The position numbers and the translations under genes were made by a program. A model generated the notes under the pieces. That model made no database searches, was not told where the DNA came from, and was given only the letters and a program-made list of their open reading frames with translations. Of a stretch of DNA of 64,000 bases, positions 38,501 to 52,115 are shown piece after piece. Location of the stretch: the NCBI GenBank assembly GCA_050084515.1, contig CM114271.1, positions 40,300,001 to 40,364,000 of the forward strand, in the 5' to 3' direction. Numbering within the stretch: the stretch's first letter is position 1; every line of letters starts with the position of its first letter. The DNA comes from Blasia pusilla (lineage: Eukaryota).

Positions 38501-39989
38501 AGGCTCTTCCTCTTCAGAATGTTTCCTAAATAAATTGAAGGTCAAGGAGTTTAGTTGGGGTCCTACAATAATAGGATAATATTCCATCATTTTGGACTGA
38601 TGGTTTAGATAAGTACTTTGAAAGCCACATAATTTGATGGATCCACACTCAAAATACGATTCATCATTATGCATATGCAAAGAGAATTTGTTTGACGCCC
38701 CAAGTGAAAATGACGTTGCACTTGTAACATACTTTGTTGTGCATTAATCATTTACTTTATTTCTATTGATAATCTGAGAATGGTTTTGATGGCATGTGGA
38801 ATGCTTTATAGGGTGTGTGGAATGGTGTCCTTGACATGGAATGATGTCCACAACATAATTGGAAATGGCCGAGGGTTTATGGGTACTTTCTTCTACATAA
38901 ATAGTTGCATTCTCATACATTATTCCAATGACCATCTTTAAAAAAAAATCTTATATTTTTATCCATACTATGTGGATTCCTTTCAATGGTGTCTGGAGGC
39001 ACTCGTAACCTTACAATGATTTCCATGCCATGTGGGATGGATTTTTTTCTATGGTATGTGGAATGGTTTTCTGGATTTAGGGGAAGATGTCTAGAACACA
39101 TAATAAGTTCTATCATAAACAACCTCAAAAATATGGAAGCAAGGAACCAAAATAGCCGTAGGATCGTGGGTGGTTTCTTGTGCAAAAAAAATTCAATATT
39201 TATGCATCATGCTAATAATCATATTTAAGTTTTTTCATGTATTGGAAACTTGAGAATTATTTTTGCTATCTGATTGCTTTCAATGATGTGTGGAATGGTT
39301 AACAAGACATGTGGAATGGTTTCTACAATCGATAAAAAGTTCTAATATAGACAACCTTATAAACCTTCAAGGAAGTAATTGAAAATGACGCTACACTTGT
39401 AACATGCTTTTTTGTACATCAATCATTTACTTTATTTATATTGGTTACATGAGTTTTTTCCATGCCATGTGGAATGGTTGCCACAACATATAAATAGTTC
39501 TATTAGAAATAATCTGTAAAACCACCCTCACTTACTAATTGAGCCCTGAAGGAAGGAAGTGAGAATGGTGTAGGATCCTTGAGTATTTTCATTAGTGGTT
39601 TCTGAAGTAGAAGCTAAATATTCATATTCCATCTTGAAATCGTTAATTTTTATTCTTAACCTAAGAATGGTTTCCATGCCCTGTGGAAATGGTGCCGAGA
39701 ACATAAAACAAGTCATATTACAAATAACATTGAGAACCATCCTCAATCTGGATAAGAGAGAAACGAGAATACAATAAAATACAACATGAAATTTTTTTTT
39801 ATTCTCAACCTCCAAAATGAACATCAAATTTGTTGGACAAAATTTTATGCATCACTTCGTGAAAGTATAACAAGGCATGTCAACTTTTTCTTTTTGGACT
39901 TGGCATTGGGGAGTAAAGGTAGGTTAGTGAATGAGTTGTTTGGGTTTTGTGTATCATTCACATGTGTTATGGATTATGTTGATCTTATT

Positions 39990-42900
39990 CTACATAGCGA
40001 CCAACGTTCAATGCTTGATTGAACTCATGTAATGGAATAATTGTTAGAGAATCCATCTTGAAAAGTGGAGAATGGATTCCTTGGTTGAGGGATCATCCCA
40101 TTTTTAGCCGCTATTCTTGCACACTCAATCCTTCCTCTGAGCTCCCTAAGAGCTCTTATAGTCAAAGTGAGAAGGTGAGCATTGTCAGCAAAGGAAAGTG
40201 ATATACTTGAGAACAAGTTGTCGATTTCTTCGATATTGGAGTTAGTTACGGGGTTTGTAGTGTTCGAGGATAATTCACTTCCTGGTGGAATGGTGTCTTA
40301 GAGGCCAACATCAAGATGGAAAACACTTAGTTTTGAAGTAGCAACAACTTATATGAGACTTAAGATTGAAATATGAATATTTTGAGGATCCTAGAAGTAT
40401 ACATGATCGATGAATTATTGTTATTTATCTTCATTTGCATGCATTTCAATAGTGTTAGTTTGGTTTGGATCATTCTCCAATTCCTTGTTGGATTGCTGCC
40501 TTATGAGCTTGAGATGAGCCATCCCACCATGTTTTGTTTTCTAACCTTATTACCAAATTCTTCACCAAGTCTGCGTCATTGTAAATTTCCTTTAATAAGG
40601 CAGTAATCTGTATGGCAGTTCTCAAACAAAAAAGTCAATATAATACCTTTTCTTGGATGTGCAAACTAGTATTGAAGATTTTGTTTCAAAATTATGAAAA
40701 TAGAAGAATGTGAGAGGCCCTTACAATATGGTTGCATATGTTTCCCTTCAGAGACCATAGACAATCACAATGATCCCACTCTATATCATTGTTCCAGACT
40801 TCATACCATTTATTCTCCAAATTGTGACCCCTAACTCTTTCCTTACTCACTTAGAGTCATTCCCCCCTGGTGCATATGATCTCTACATCACTACCTGAGA
40901 TCGTTGTCCCTTTCAAGACAAAATTTCTTATGTATTTCTCATGAGTTGCATTAGTAATAAATCCCCTTCTTTTCAACAATTGGATGTGGAATACCATGCC
41001 TCAATGTCATTGCTAGGTTTCCAAACTAGGTAGTCCATTCTTCTCTTTGGTAAGGTTTTGTGGTCATCATGTAGGATAGCCTTCAAGCTTCCATGATAAT
41101 TTTTTCAATTGTTACATAGGTATTTTTGTTTGCATGAGGATTGTCCCTTGTTGCTTTTACCCACTTCACTAAAATCATTCCACCAAAGAAGAAATATTAG
41201 TTCCATTTTCAATGTACAATTTAATGGATTCAACCAGAACTCAAAGCAACAACAATAACCCATCACCAAATTTTGGTTCCTAGTATGTCTAAATGTAATT
41301 GAGCAACTCACTCTTTTCTTGAAAGTCTTCATAGAATTTTTGTACGTCCCTCTTGGAGTCATTAAAAATGACATGTTGTGGGTATGTGCCACAATGATTC
41401 ACATACATGATCTCTCCTAACCTTTGTGAAATATCGGCTCTTGTGGCATGACAATGCACCTTTTTCTTCAACTACTTCAACTAGTCATGTCGTACATGCC
41501 ATAACAAGGAATGATGAGTGTTGTTGGAAATGTCACTCTGTTGGAATGGTTTCCAAACAAGAAGGTTGCATTATGAACGTGGAGAATGGTTTCTACAAGG
41601 ATGGAATGGTTTCCGTTAACATAAAAAAAATGATCGGGATGAATACCTATCCAAACCTATTGTTGAACCCACACGCCAACTTTCATAAATTATGTAGAGG
41701 AATATGTTCTCACCTTTATGCGTTTTGCTTTACCAAAGCATCGTCAACAATGATCGTGTTTGGCTCCCAATTTGGTTGGATGGTTATACATTTATCTAGC
41801 ACACCTTTGAACAAATTTCCCAAGTACACTTCCTTTGCGCTAGATGTGAGAACCAAGTCCAAAGGTATCCCTAAGTAGTGATTGTCGAACACCAACAAAG
41901 TATATAGGCAAAACTAAAACATATTAATATAGTTGTTAGTAATATACTAGTAGTGAATCCAAAAAAAATGAATGAAACTAACTAGGAGACACAGTATGAA
42001 CTAAATATTTTCAACAAAAGAAATATGAGCATGTATCATGTTGCAATTAGTGCCCATTGTGCTATCCATGCTCAAAGAGATGCCACGTCCATACTTTACG
42101 AGAGCTTGAAGGTGCCATTGGCTTTGGTATCCCAAAATGAATGGACGCATCTCATCCATATAAGGCTCTTACATGAACACTTTCTCAAAAGATTAATCTA
42201 TGAATAAACTCAAGGACTCGTTCTTGCTCCTAGCATATAAAAATGTCTCCTTATTGATTTTTATTTTATTTTTCGTATATCATGCATTTGCATGACGTCA
42301 TCTCGGGTCAAACTCTACTGAAAGTTAGGATCCGTCAACAAGCGCTCTTTCAACATCTTTTAATACTCTGCTTGGATTTGGTGGGGCTTTACCCCCAAAC
42401 GGAGCCTCTCTCTAACAGAGTTCTTCAGAGCATCTGAAATCCGAGGAGCAAACATCTTGGGTCTATCTAAGGATGCTTCATCATCCTTTCAATGGCATGC
42501 TTGTTCGATTTATCCACATAACCTCTATTTTTTTAGGTGATTTTTGCTACATGTAAAGGAGTGATAATTTCAATGACTATAAAACGGCATTGACACCCAT
42601 GTCTGCAACTATCACCTCTATTTATAATTTGTCTTCGAGGCCTGCTTCCTCTTCCACTTTTGGGGAAAGCAGACCTATAAAAAACCAAAGGACATGATGT
42701 GAAAGAAACATTAGGAACCATTCCTAACTAACTACTCGAAACCATTTCGAAATAAACAAAACTTGAACTACATGTACATTAATGGATAGGAGTGGACACT
42801 TGTGCAAAATCTCTTGATGCAATTTGCGTAAGTCATTTGGGCCATACGTACAATAGTATGTTGTGTACAAGAGCCCCCTTCCATCCACCTCTCTTGAGGA

Positions 42901-43150
42901 GGCCTTACCCAATCTCGATGTTCCTTTCCACAATGTTGTGGGGTTCCTTCGTTCGCCATGACCCTTACCAAGAATAAAATTGTGTCATCTCTCCCAAGGT
43001 ATGTATTTCACATGATCATCATCCCATTAAAAGTCTTTGGCTTTGATAAGTCCGAAGGGAATATCTATTTGAACGAGAATCCTCTTCATGGACAACATCC
43101 TCCTTCTAAGAGAGCTACCACCTGCGGGCATATCTCATGTGTCCATGTCA
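39990..43150 (-). pseudogene. Mutator-like (MULE) transposase with SWIM finger, heavily decayed
   Basis: Peptides YYCTYGPND and SCRHGCQCRF (N-terminal Zn domain), LVFDNHYLGIPL...WEPNTIIVDDA (MULE DDE core), and SWIM-like HCDCLWSLKGNICNH at ~40725-40775. TIRs were not identified. Confidence 0.7.
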
Positions 43151-44321
43151 AGGAAGCCAAGTTGTTGATCAACCTTTCCATGTATCTTATTAAGAAGGAA
43201 GCAACATGTCTCAAAAACAATAAGATATAGTTTGCAGAATGGTTTCCATAATGCATAAACAACAAGAAGAGTGCAATTGAAAAAAATAAATATCCTCGGA
43301 CATGGTATGATAGCAAATATGTAATAGGTTTTTACGTGCATGAAAGAGTTTGGGGCAGGCATTGTAGAAGGGACACAACGAAAATGGAGGTGGAGAGAGG
43401 TCACCAAAAGTTTCAACAAACTATGTTGATCCATAACTAAAAGGTAGGGGAATGGGAAATGACCTTCTTCATGCTTTGTATCTCAAAAGGTCCCTCCTCC
43501 TCCACCTATGTCTCACAAGGGGAGGGTAGTGAGGGGAGAGGGTGGGGGGAGGGCATGGTAGAAGGAATACAACAAAAATGGAGGTGGAGAGAGATCATGA
43601 AGGGAAAAAAAGGATGGAGGGATTCCCTAAAGAGAGGAAAGGGATCACAATTGAAGGGGGAGGATGACATTCAAGGACATGGATCATCTTGAAGTAGGTC
43701 CAATGCATAGCACAAGCACCATCACACTAGTGTTCCTCTTGTTCTTACTAAAGTCTTAATCTGCATTATTCTCTCTATTGTGCACTCCAAAATTCTCCCT
43801 AGTAGTATTCCCTTCTTTGCTCTTCGTCTACTTTCCATATTACCACTTTTGGTGCTTGCTAAGATTCTTTCTACTTCCTCTCTTCTTTTCTCCTTGTTAA
43901 TTTTCTAATTGTTTCCCTCCATGTTAGGGTTCTTGGGCCGTATCCAATAATGGCTAGAGTGCATATGGAAAGCATGTATAGAACATTTCTTTACAAAATG
44001 AAAAGTAAGTCTTTCATACTTTTGGGGAGTAATTCTTTAAGGGAGTGCCCCATTACATGAAAATTTCAGGAGGAAAACATGAAGTTAAGATAAATGGAAT
44101 ATTTTAAATCCATATTAAAAGAACTAGAACATCATTTCGTTTTGATGAATAATCCCTTTTTCATCAAAATACATTATGTGTGTATGAGAAAGTAATTTTG
44201 TGCCCGTGGCATTAACTATGATGGATACAAACAACAGTAATGAAAAGACTCGGGCCAAAACGAAATTGCAACCCTCAAAGGAGTTTCAAAATCCTGTCAC
44301 CAAATGAAACTGAAAATGAAA

Positions 44322-44447
44322 CCTGACGAAAGCTGGATTGGCTTTCGTCAGGATCGAGCAGACAATTGCTGAAGTCGGGAACATAACCGAAGAAAGCTGA
44401 CTCCAGGTTTCTTCAGGTTATGTTCCCGACTTCAGAAATTGTTTGCT
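44322..44447. other. two adjacent hairpins (12-bp stem; ~43-bp imperfect stem)
   Basis: CCTGACGAAAGC-TGGATTG-GCTTTCGTCAGG (44322-44352), then AGCAGACAATTGCTGAAGTCGGGAACATAACCGAAGAAAGCTG-ACTC-CAGGTTTCTTCAGGTTATGTTCCCGACTTCAGAAATTGTTTGCT (44357-44447). Confidence 0.9.
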
Positions 44448-45707
44448 TCAAGAACTTTCAGCATCAAAATTCTGACTTGCTGCTGAATTAACAGTGCTTG
44501 CCATAAAAGGATATTCCAACGAAAGCTCGCAGAGATTACTGGAAGCAACATGTTAGGAGTTAGGTTTAGCTTGACTAGGATCAGATGGAGAGCTAATCAG
44601 TGGAGAACGAGCAATCACGAGTTCAGTTGATGTCACCCAAACATCCAGAGTGTCATGACATGTACATTACGTTGCTAGAGTCAGCCAAGCGCAGGACTTT
44701 AGGAACAACAACGTCCGCAGCAATCTTTGAATTAGTTCAGTTCATATGACCTAGGATCCAGATAATAACATTAGTTCAGTGAAGGTGGAGGTCGGTGGCA
44801 GGATTTAACAAAAACAAGACTTTTGGGTCAACAACGTCGACAATGAACCCTCGATTTCATTCAGTTACTGACCTTTCTTTCCGTATGGGAAAGAGTTTCG
44901 TGAGACTGCGAAAGGATGGAGAGGTTGAGGTCGTAGTTGCCTAAGTGAGTTGAAGTCGAGAAAATAACGTGCCAGTTCTGCATCTCCAAACATGGCACAC
45001 AGAAGAAGAAAACGCAAAGAAATGTCTCCGCAGCTGGGACCAAAAGAAGAGAAGCAGTAAAATGCTCGTAGACTAGATCCTGAACAAAGTAGGCAGATGA
45101 ATATTTTGAAGATACACTAAGCCCCCTGGACGAGAGATTTACGTGTGGGAAACCGGAGTCCACAAAATTGACCGGAAATCACCTAATCCACAGCCAAACG
45201 TCTCTACCCCAGGTGGAGGTACATTTCCCACGGAGGGGATAGGTGACAGACGTTGAATTGCCTAGAAAAAATTTGCAGTTATTGATTAATAAAACTTATT
45301 AGCTCTGTGAGCACCCAATTTCTTCCGAGTTCGTGGGAATCCACCACATCAAGCACGTGCCTCTGCTCTGGACTAGGTTTATCCAATCCAATCCAATCCA
45401 ATCGATGAAAGCAAAGAAACTAGGCATACAGATTGCGGTTGATACATGTCAAGCGGTCGGATGCCATCGGGGTCAAGAACTTGAGAACCCAAAGTATCAG
45501 AACACTTTTGAACGCCAACTCGACTTTTCTAATCGGAATAGCAGGCGGTCGTCTGCCCTGAGTTATAACGCTTATGAAAGAGGTCCAAGATTCCTACAGA
45601 AGAAATGACGGTCGCAAGAAGAACCAGAACTCCGTATCATTTCCCCTCAATAATTTGAGCAGAAAAGTCAAGAAAGGTTTCGCAGGTCCGATAGAACAGC
45701 TAAAACC

Positions 45708-46312
45708 CTATCCTTGCGCTTCGACGGTGATTTCTCCCTTCTCCAGAGCCGAGTAGAAATCCTCGACCTTCCGCCTTGAGTTGACATTGTATATCTTCCA
45801 GAACGAACCAACTACAATCACATGACGAAATTCCATGATTAGCGCCTGTCATGCGACGGCATGCCGCTCCCAAACCAGAATGTCTGGAACATCCTCGATC
45901 CGATCTGGAAAGCAACGAGCACACGACTCCGCCAGCCCCGACCGACTACTAGATGTACGAATCAGAGCGCGCACTGACGAATTCGCGGTGCCACGGAACA
46001 ACAAAGAGGCAATCTTCCAGAAAATGGACGCACGGTTTCCCACCGAAAGGCCGGACAGACCGAAGAAATTTGATGCCCGTGAGCGCGCAGGACGAGTGGA
46101 ATCCCCAAGAAGAGAAAACCGAAAAACACCAAACTAAAAACTCTGAAACACACGACGACCGCGCCACACATCCGTCATTCGAGAGCCGACGGTAGGGAAG
46201 TACCGAAAATGCCGAGGCCGGTGCCGTACATGATCTCCTTCACCACGCTGGGGCCGCTGGCGCCAGCGCTGGCCGCCTTGACCGCATGGTGAGCTATTCT
46301 CGCCTGCACCAT
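45708..46312 (-). CDS. COX5C: cytochrome c oxidase subunit 5C (exons 46312-46204, 45811-45708; 70 aa)
   Basis: Spliced product MVQARIAHHAVKAASAGASGPSVVKEIMYGTGLGIFVGSFWKIYNVNSRRKVEDFYSALEKGEITVEAQG carries the plant COX5C signature (RIAH..GPSVVKEI..G..LG...G..WK...FY..LEKGEI). The intron is a 392-bp GT-AG. Confidence 0.93.
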
Positions 46313-48542
46313 CGCGTCCCCGAGCACTGCGCTGCCTTTCCTCCCTCGTTCCTCCCTCCCTCGTTCCCTGGCAATCGAGACGCAATCGATCGCTCCGCTG
46401 CGCGCACTCTCCTTGTGCCTCCGCTCTCCACCGCAAAGACGCACCTTTGAATCGTCGCCTCTCTCTCTCTCTCTCTCACTCACTCACTCAGGAGGTCGCT
46501 CTCGCCGACTCCTGCGTCCCGCTGTCTGTGTGCGCCTTCCTGAGGCGCCGCTAACTCGGACTCGTGCCCGACGGAGCCCTTTACGGCCCCTTTAGCCTTT
46601 CGGGGACGGGCTCCTGTACATCCGTCCGGAGACGTCTAGTGACGATGGAGTGGGGCGCTTGCGACGCCGGCTATCGTCGCGGGACGGTCGTGAGAACGTG
46701 ACAAACTCGCGGAAGTCGTTTTACGGCTGTGAAGTAGGACAGCGATGGTCATGAGCGAGGAATCATTTCGGATGACTCACCTCCGGGTTATTCATCCGTG
46801 TAGACTACTCTATTCAAATCTAAGTCCAAATTAGAGGTTTCCTTTTTTTTCTTCCCCACAAAATTAGTGCTCTCTCACTGGTTTTGATTTTTGATTATTT
46901 TTTTAAATAACATTTTTTGAAAATTTATTTTATCATAATGATAAATCTTAAAAGAGGAGAAAGAAAGGTAATAACATTTCAAAAGAATAAGAGTCAATGG
47001 AATGCAAAAAGAAAATGGCAAATAGTTAACACCAACTCAGCCAGACACGCAATTAATAATCTATGCAAATTTGGCAAGAACACTAGTGGTTGATCAGACG
47101 TGAGTGGACGACGAGGAGAGCGACCCCCCACCACTTTTGCTTGACGTATCAACGATAAAGTTTGTGCACGTTGTAAGGCCTCTAACATGCATTGCCAAAA
47201 ATAAGTAGTGACTACACAAAGAGAAGGATTACAAGAAGGGGCAAGGTGATGATTCTCGAAGGAGTGTTTGAGCACATGTTTTCAGGATAGGATGAAAAGG
47301 CACATGTAAATGATCATATACTTCCAATGCAAAAGGAATAAATCCATCAAATGCATGTCTTATAGCATAACTTAACTCCTTGATGATTTTTTTTGCTTCG
47401 GATGCCGAACCTTTAGTACGTGACGCTCGATACACCAAGTCAGAACCTCTTGGATGAGCAACCACCACATCACATTACGTTCGAAATCCACCACGTATGA
47501 GCCACTAATGCTACCACCTTTCTAATCACATCACATGTGGCCGTTCGTTCTCCACCATGTGCATATCAAAGAAATATGGATATCTTTTTTTCAATAGGTT
47601 CCCCACGTACAAAACTCAACATCCCTAGCAGAGAAGGATGGAAAGTCCAAAGCATAACCGCAAAGTTGTCAAGAATATACCTCAAGGAAGCCGAAATAGA
47701 AGAATAAAAGGATTTGCAGTGAGCCATGCCCCCACTCTTATATCCGCACTTGAACAAGCATGAGTTTGATGAGTGTTAGAAGATACCTCAAAGAGAATGC
47801 TAGACAAGCTGATTTGATGCAAATTCTTGGAAATACGCTTTTGAAGTCGATCAAGCCCTTCCGTGATCAATTGACTAATAGGGGAAAGAATTACGTATGT
47901 AGTGAGAGGGAGAAGAGATCAAGCAGATCTAAATTGCTCTATCTGGGCGACATGATCCATCAAGAGAGGTCTATCTTCAGAGAAAAACCTTGAAGTCATA
48001 ATTTGTGCTACCAACGCCTAACTCTCAAAAAAAAATGCAGGAGGAAATGCAAATGTGGAGGAAAATTCCACCTCTCCAAAAAGAAATAGGCAAGATAGCT
48101 TTTCATGAAGCCAAGACACCATTATCTCCGAAAATGTATTCAAGCCAAGAATTTGACCAAAGGTTGCCACAATAGAAGCATCAAAAGAGGCCAACTGATG
48201 TAAGAGTGTTGAGTTAGGAGGACAAGTGTGTCGTGCGCATACACATCGCTACACAACATACATCGCTGTCACCAAACACACACACAAACACGTACGATCC
48301 CATGCTAACTCATGGCATCCAAACAACGAGACAAGAAGTACCAAAATATCTCCCATCGCCCCCCTAACTGGTGGTTAGGTCCCTCTAACTCCAGATAGCC
48401 ATCTATCCCTACCTACCATGACATACATCTCTCGGACGCTAAGAGCAAGAAGGCCGGGTGCTCATGTGGCCCCATCATTAGTCGCCTTCCTGTCATCCAT
48501 GTCAGAGAAAAAGTAGGGATCGAAACCTACCTAGTATCTCCC

Positions 48543-51500
48543 CTATGTACATCTGGGACACATCCATCGTCCCCGAGGAACCCTAGTGAGAGGTGGCGTC
48601 AGACATGCCATATTCCAACCTCTCGACCAACCATCACAGACTAGCATCGTGACCGCACCACGGGCAGAACCACACAACATACAACACAAGCGTGCAAGAA
48701 CTACTGCTAAGCCCGGATCCACTGTACCATCAATGTTAGGAAGGTGACATGGTGCACAATTACGCACATGTTCCTTCCATACCATACCATCGCGTCCTCC
48801 ACCAAGAGAACACCGGATGGCAAAACGTCACGCACTCTCAAGATAGTGCGCCATGCAGTCACATCCAACGTCGTAAGTGTCGTCTGCTGCAAGTAGACGT
48901 AATCTCCCTGATGAAACCTCCGGATAGTTGGTCCATAACCACCACCTCTAATAGTCGCATACCTCAACGTATCCCGATGCTACGCAATCGCCAAGTTCTC
49001 GAACGCCATGGGCATCACTCTCCGAAACAACTCAGCCCTCTGAGAACATGCTCGCATCCATACATTTGGGTCATCAAGTTCTAGCACCTCACCAGCATCT
49101 CGACGAATTTCCGAAGGTAAATCTAGCTCTCGGCCATAAAGTAGCAAGTACGGTGAAAAAGACGCTAAGGATGTCTGCCAGCTGAATCTGTATCCCATCG
49201 CCAACCACAGCAACTAGAGGTCCCAATCTCCTAGGTGACCTCTTTGCAAGCCATACTTGCGTAAACCCCTCTTCACCATATGCACAACTCTCTCCGCTAA
49301 TCCATCCGCCTCGGGATGATCTCGCAAAGTCGTACGATGGTTGATGAGCGCCTGATCACACAAGGCCTGGAACTCACCGCAAAACTCGGTACCCTGGTCT
49401 GTCAACACCTCAGCCGATGCGCCATAATGACTCACCACTCTGTCAACGAAGGCATAAGCTACTCCCTCACTCGCTTTGTCAGGCAATGCAACCAACTCGA
49501 TCCACTTCGAGAAGTGCTCGACCATCACTAACACATAACGACTGTGACGCTCCGTCAAAGGCAAAGGTCCGAAAAAATCCAAATTCCATCTATACCCTAA
49601 GCCCATGATTGGTAATGGATGCAACTGTGGAGTCGGAGCATTGAACGATGTTCGAACCCGATCACACACCATGCACTTGGCAACAAACTGCTGAACGTCA
49701 GTCTGCATGCCTCGCCACCAATACTGAATCTAGAGCAAGGTGTACGTCCGCTTCACCCCAAAGTGACCCAACTCCTCGTGGGCATGCTACACTAGTCGTG
49801 CTCTCAGCGAAGGATGTAGCACTACGCGTACTCTGCCATCCTCCCAAACCCTCAAAACATGTGTCCCCTCCCAACGGAACCGTCTGGCCCGCTGTAGGAT
49901 CCGATCTCGCTCTCTAGCACCCACAGTGCTCGCAATGCTGCCAGTACGAAGGTACTCCAAGACTACTCCATCATCATGAATATCTCGGCCATCTGTCGTC
50001 TCCTCACCGGCCTCGGGATCCAAGGACTCTCCACTAGACCTCGCCATCGAAGTCTCCACACTTTGGCTCTCCATAGCCAACATGCCTAAATAGGTTGACG
50101 CATGCCATCCTGGCACTGACTCCTCATCACTCTCTCCATGCCATCGAGCTCCAGTCGCATCTCGCTGACTCGGGCATGGGTTACAACTCAACCCATCTAC
50201 ATCCTGGTTGAGCGTCCCAGGTCTATGTACCACTTGAAAATCATATTCCTGCAACAACAGAGCCCATCTCGCAAGCTTCCTCGTAAGCTTGTCGGACTCC
50301 ATCAAGCACTTCTATGGTTGATGATCAATGATGATGGTCAAGGGGTTTCCAAATAAGTAACACCTGAAATACGCGACAGCCCACACCGCAGCCAAGCACT
50401 CACCCTCATACGAGGTGTACTTTGCCTTTGCAGCATTGTTCGAGCGGCTAGCATAAGCCACCACGAACTCTCTACCCTCATCATCATGTTGGGTGAGCAC
50501 CCCTCCAAGCCCCAACATGCTCCAATCTGTGTGCAATTGGAAAGGACGCCCCCGGATCGGTCTCCTCAAGATGGGCGCAGATCTCAACATGTCCTTGAGC
50601 AACTGAAATGCTCGCTCTTGCTCATCCCCCCAATGCCACTCATGATCCACCTTTGTCAACAAGGTCAGGGGCTTCGCAATCGAACTAAATCCCTTGACGT
50701 ACCGCCGATAGAAGTTAGCCAATCCCATGAATGCGCGAACACGGCTCACATCCATAGGACGTGGAATGCGTGAGATAGCCTCTACCTTTGTATGCTGAAC
50801 ACCAAGGCCCCCTGGGTATATCGTATGACCCAAGTACTCAATCTAGTCGTAGAAGAACTTGCACTTTCTTGGATGTAGCTTCACCCCATGTAATTGCAAT
50901 CGTCGAAACACCTCCTCTAGATGTCGCTCATGCTCCTCAACCGTGGCGCTAAAGACTATGATGTCATCAATATAACACCTAGCAAAATCCAGACCAGCCA
51001 AGATCCTATCCATGACCCTTTGAAACTCAGCCGGGGCGTTCTTTAACCCAAATGGTAAGAACCGCCACTAGTACAAACAATCCTTCCCGTGAGGATTGAT
51101 GCCCCAAAATGTCGTCTTCTGTCTGTCCTCCAATCTGATAGGCAGTTGATGGTATCCGGCTCGCAAATCCTATCAACTGAAGACCTTTGCCTAACCAATC
51201 CCATCAAAGATCTCCTCAGGGGTGGGCATGGCATACCTATCAAACTTCGTTTGTCGATTGATAGGTCGGTAATCCACACACATCCGCCTATCTGTCCAGT
51301 TGCTATGCACATCCTTATTGGCGGGCATGACAGTGGCAGATGCATACTCCCCATGGGACATCTCCACTAGTCCTGCTCTGACCAAGTCCTGGCTCCTACT
51401 CTGAATTAGAGCCCTCTCAATATCATTGTACCTGTAGGGTCGTCGGAAGAGCGACGTATCACTCGAAAACTCAATGCGGATCCCCAGTCCCTTCAACGTA

Positions 51501-52115
51501 CCCAAATCCTCCATGCTAAATGCAAAGCAGCTCCTATAACTTGTGAGGAACTGATGTATCCGGCGCCACTCTCCTCCTGTCAACTTAGAGCCCATATCTG
51601 GCTCCCAAGTCTCCATCGTTACTATGGTAGGAGTCTCTGGCATGGGTATCGGTGGTTGCTATGGTGCAACCCTGTCTCGAACAACAACGCTCGGCTGCTC
51701 TTCTGCAGCCAACTGCAAACTCTCATCTCCTCCACATGCAGTGCTTGGAACCATGCTCGATGTTGTGGCTATCATCTCTTCGCGTACTTGCAAAACATCC
51801 CAAGAAGTCCAAGGATGTCTCTCCCGATCTCCCTTGGTGTGTTGATCTCCTCGGGTCTCGCCCCCACCCACTGCCTCCACCATCGCGGTAGGCATGGGGC
51901 TCACCAACGCAACCGTTGTGATCTGTCGTAATCTCATCGGACGCTGCTCAGCCACTCCCAAGCTGAAGATCCATGTCCAGCAATTCAGGTCCATCGCTTG
52001 ACCCAAGACATGCCGTCGTGATGCCTCTGATACTGACGGTACTGCCGTCACTCCTGTGGAAAATCCCATCGCCCGCTCTCTCTCGTCGGCGTTGGGCTCC
52101 ACCAACTGCTGAACC
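48543..52115 (-). pseudogene. pol: pol polyprotein: C5-MTase C-terminus, RT, RNase H, integrase, PHD finger
   Basis: RT RRMCVDYRPIN...YIDDII, RNase H LHTDWSMLGLGGVL...YEGECLA, INT WNLDFFGP...LTDQGTEF...ADGLAER, and PHD CMLC...MLVCDGWSRGWNMACLTPPLTRVPRGRWMCPRC. Stops and frameshifts are present. Confidence 0.9.
51950..52115 (-). pseudogene. cytosine-5 DNA methyltransferase motifs IX-X remnant (DNMT3/DRM-like)
   Basis: QQLVEPNADERERAMGFSTGVTAVPSVSEASRRHVLGQAMDLNCWTWIF fits the E-x-ER-xx-GF-x4-T-x5-S-x3-R-x3-LG pattern of C5-MTase motifs IX-X. It is in the same frame as the downstream pol ORF 51191-51643, with one intervening stop. Confidence 0.75.

Noticed and set aside
37865-38700. Possible second gene or C-terminal domain of the MULE
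   Set aside because: The fragments look coding-like but are too decayed to assign, so no call was made.
44872-44978. AG...GT-bounded exon-like block on the minus strand downstream of COX5C
   Set aside because: No recognisable protein in any frame. It may be a UTR or non-coding exon but cannot be supported without transcripts.
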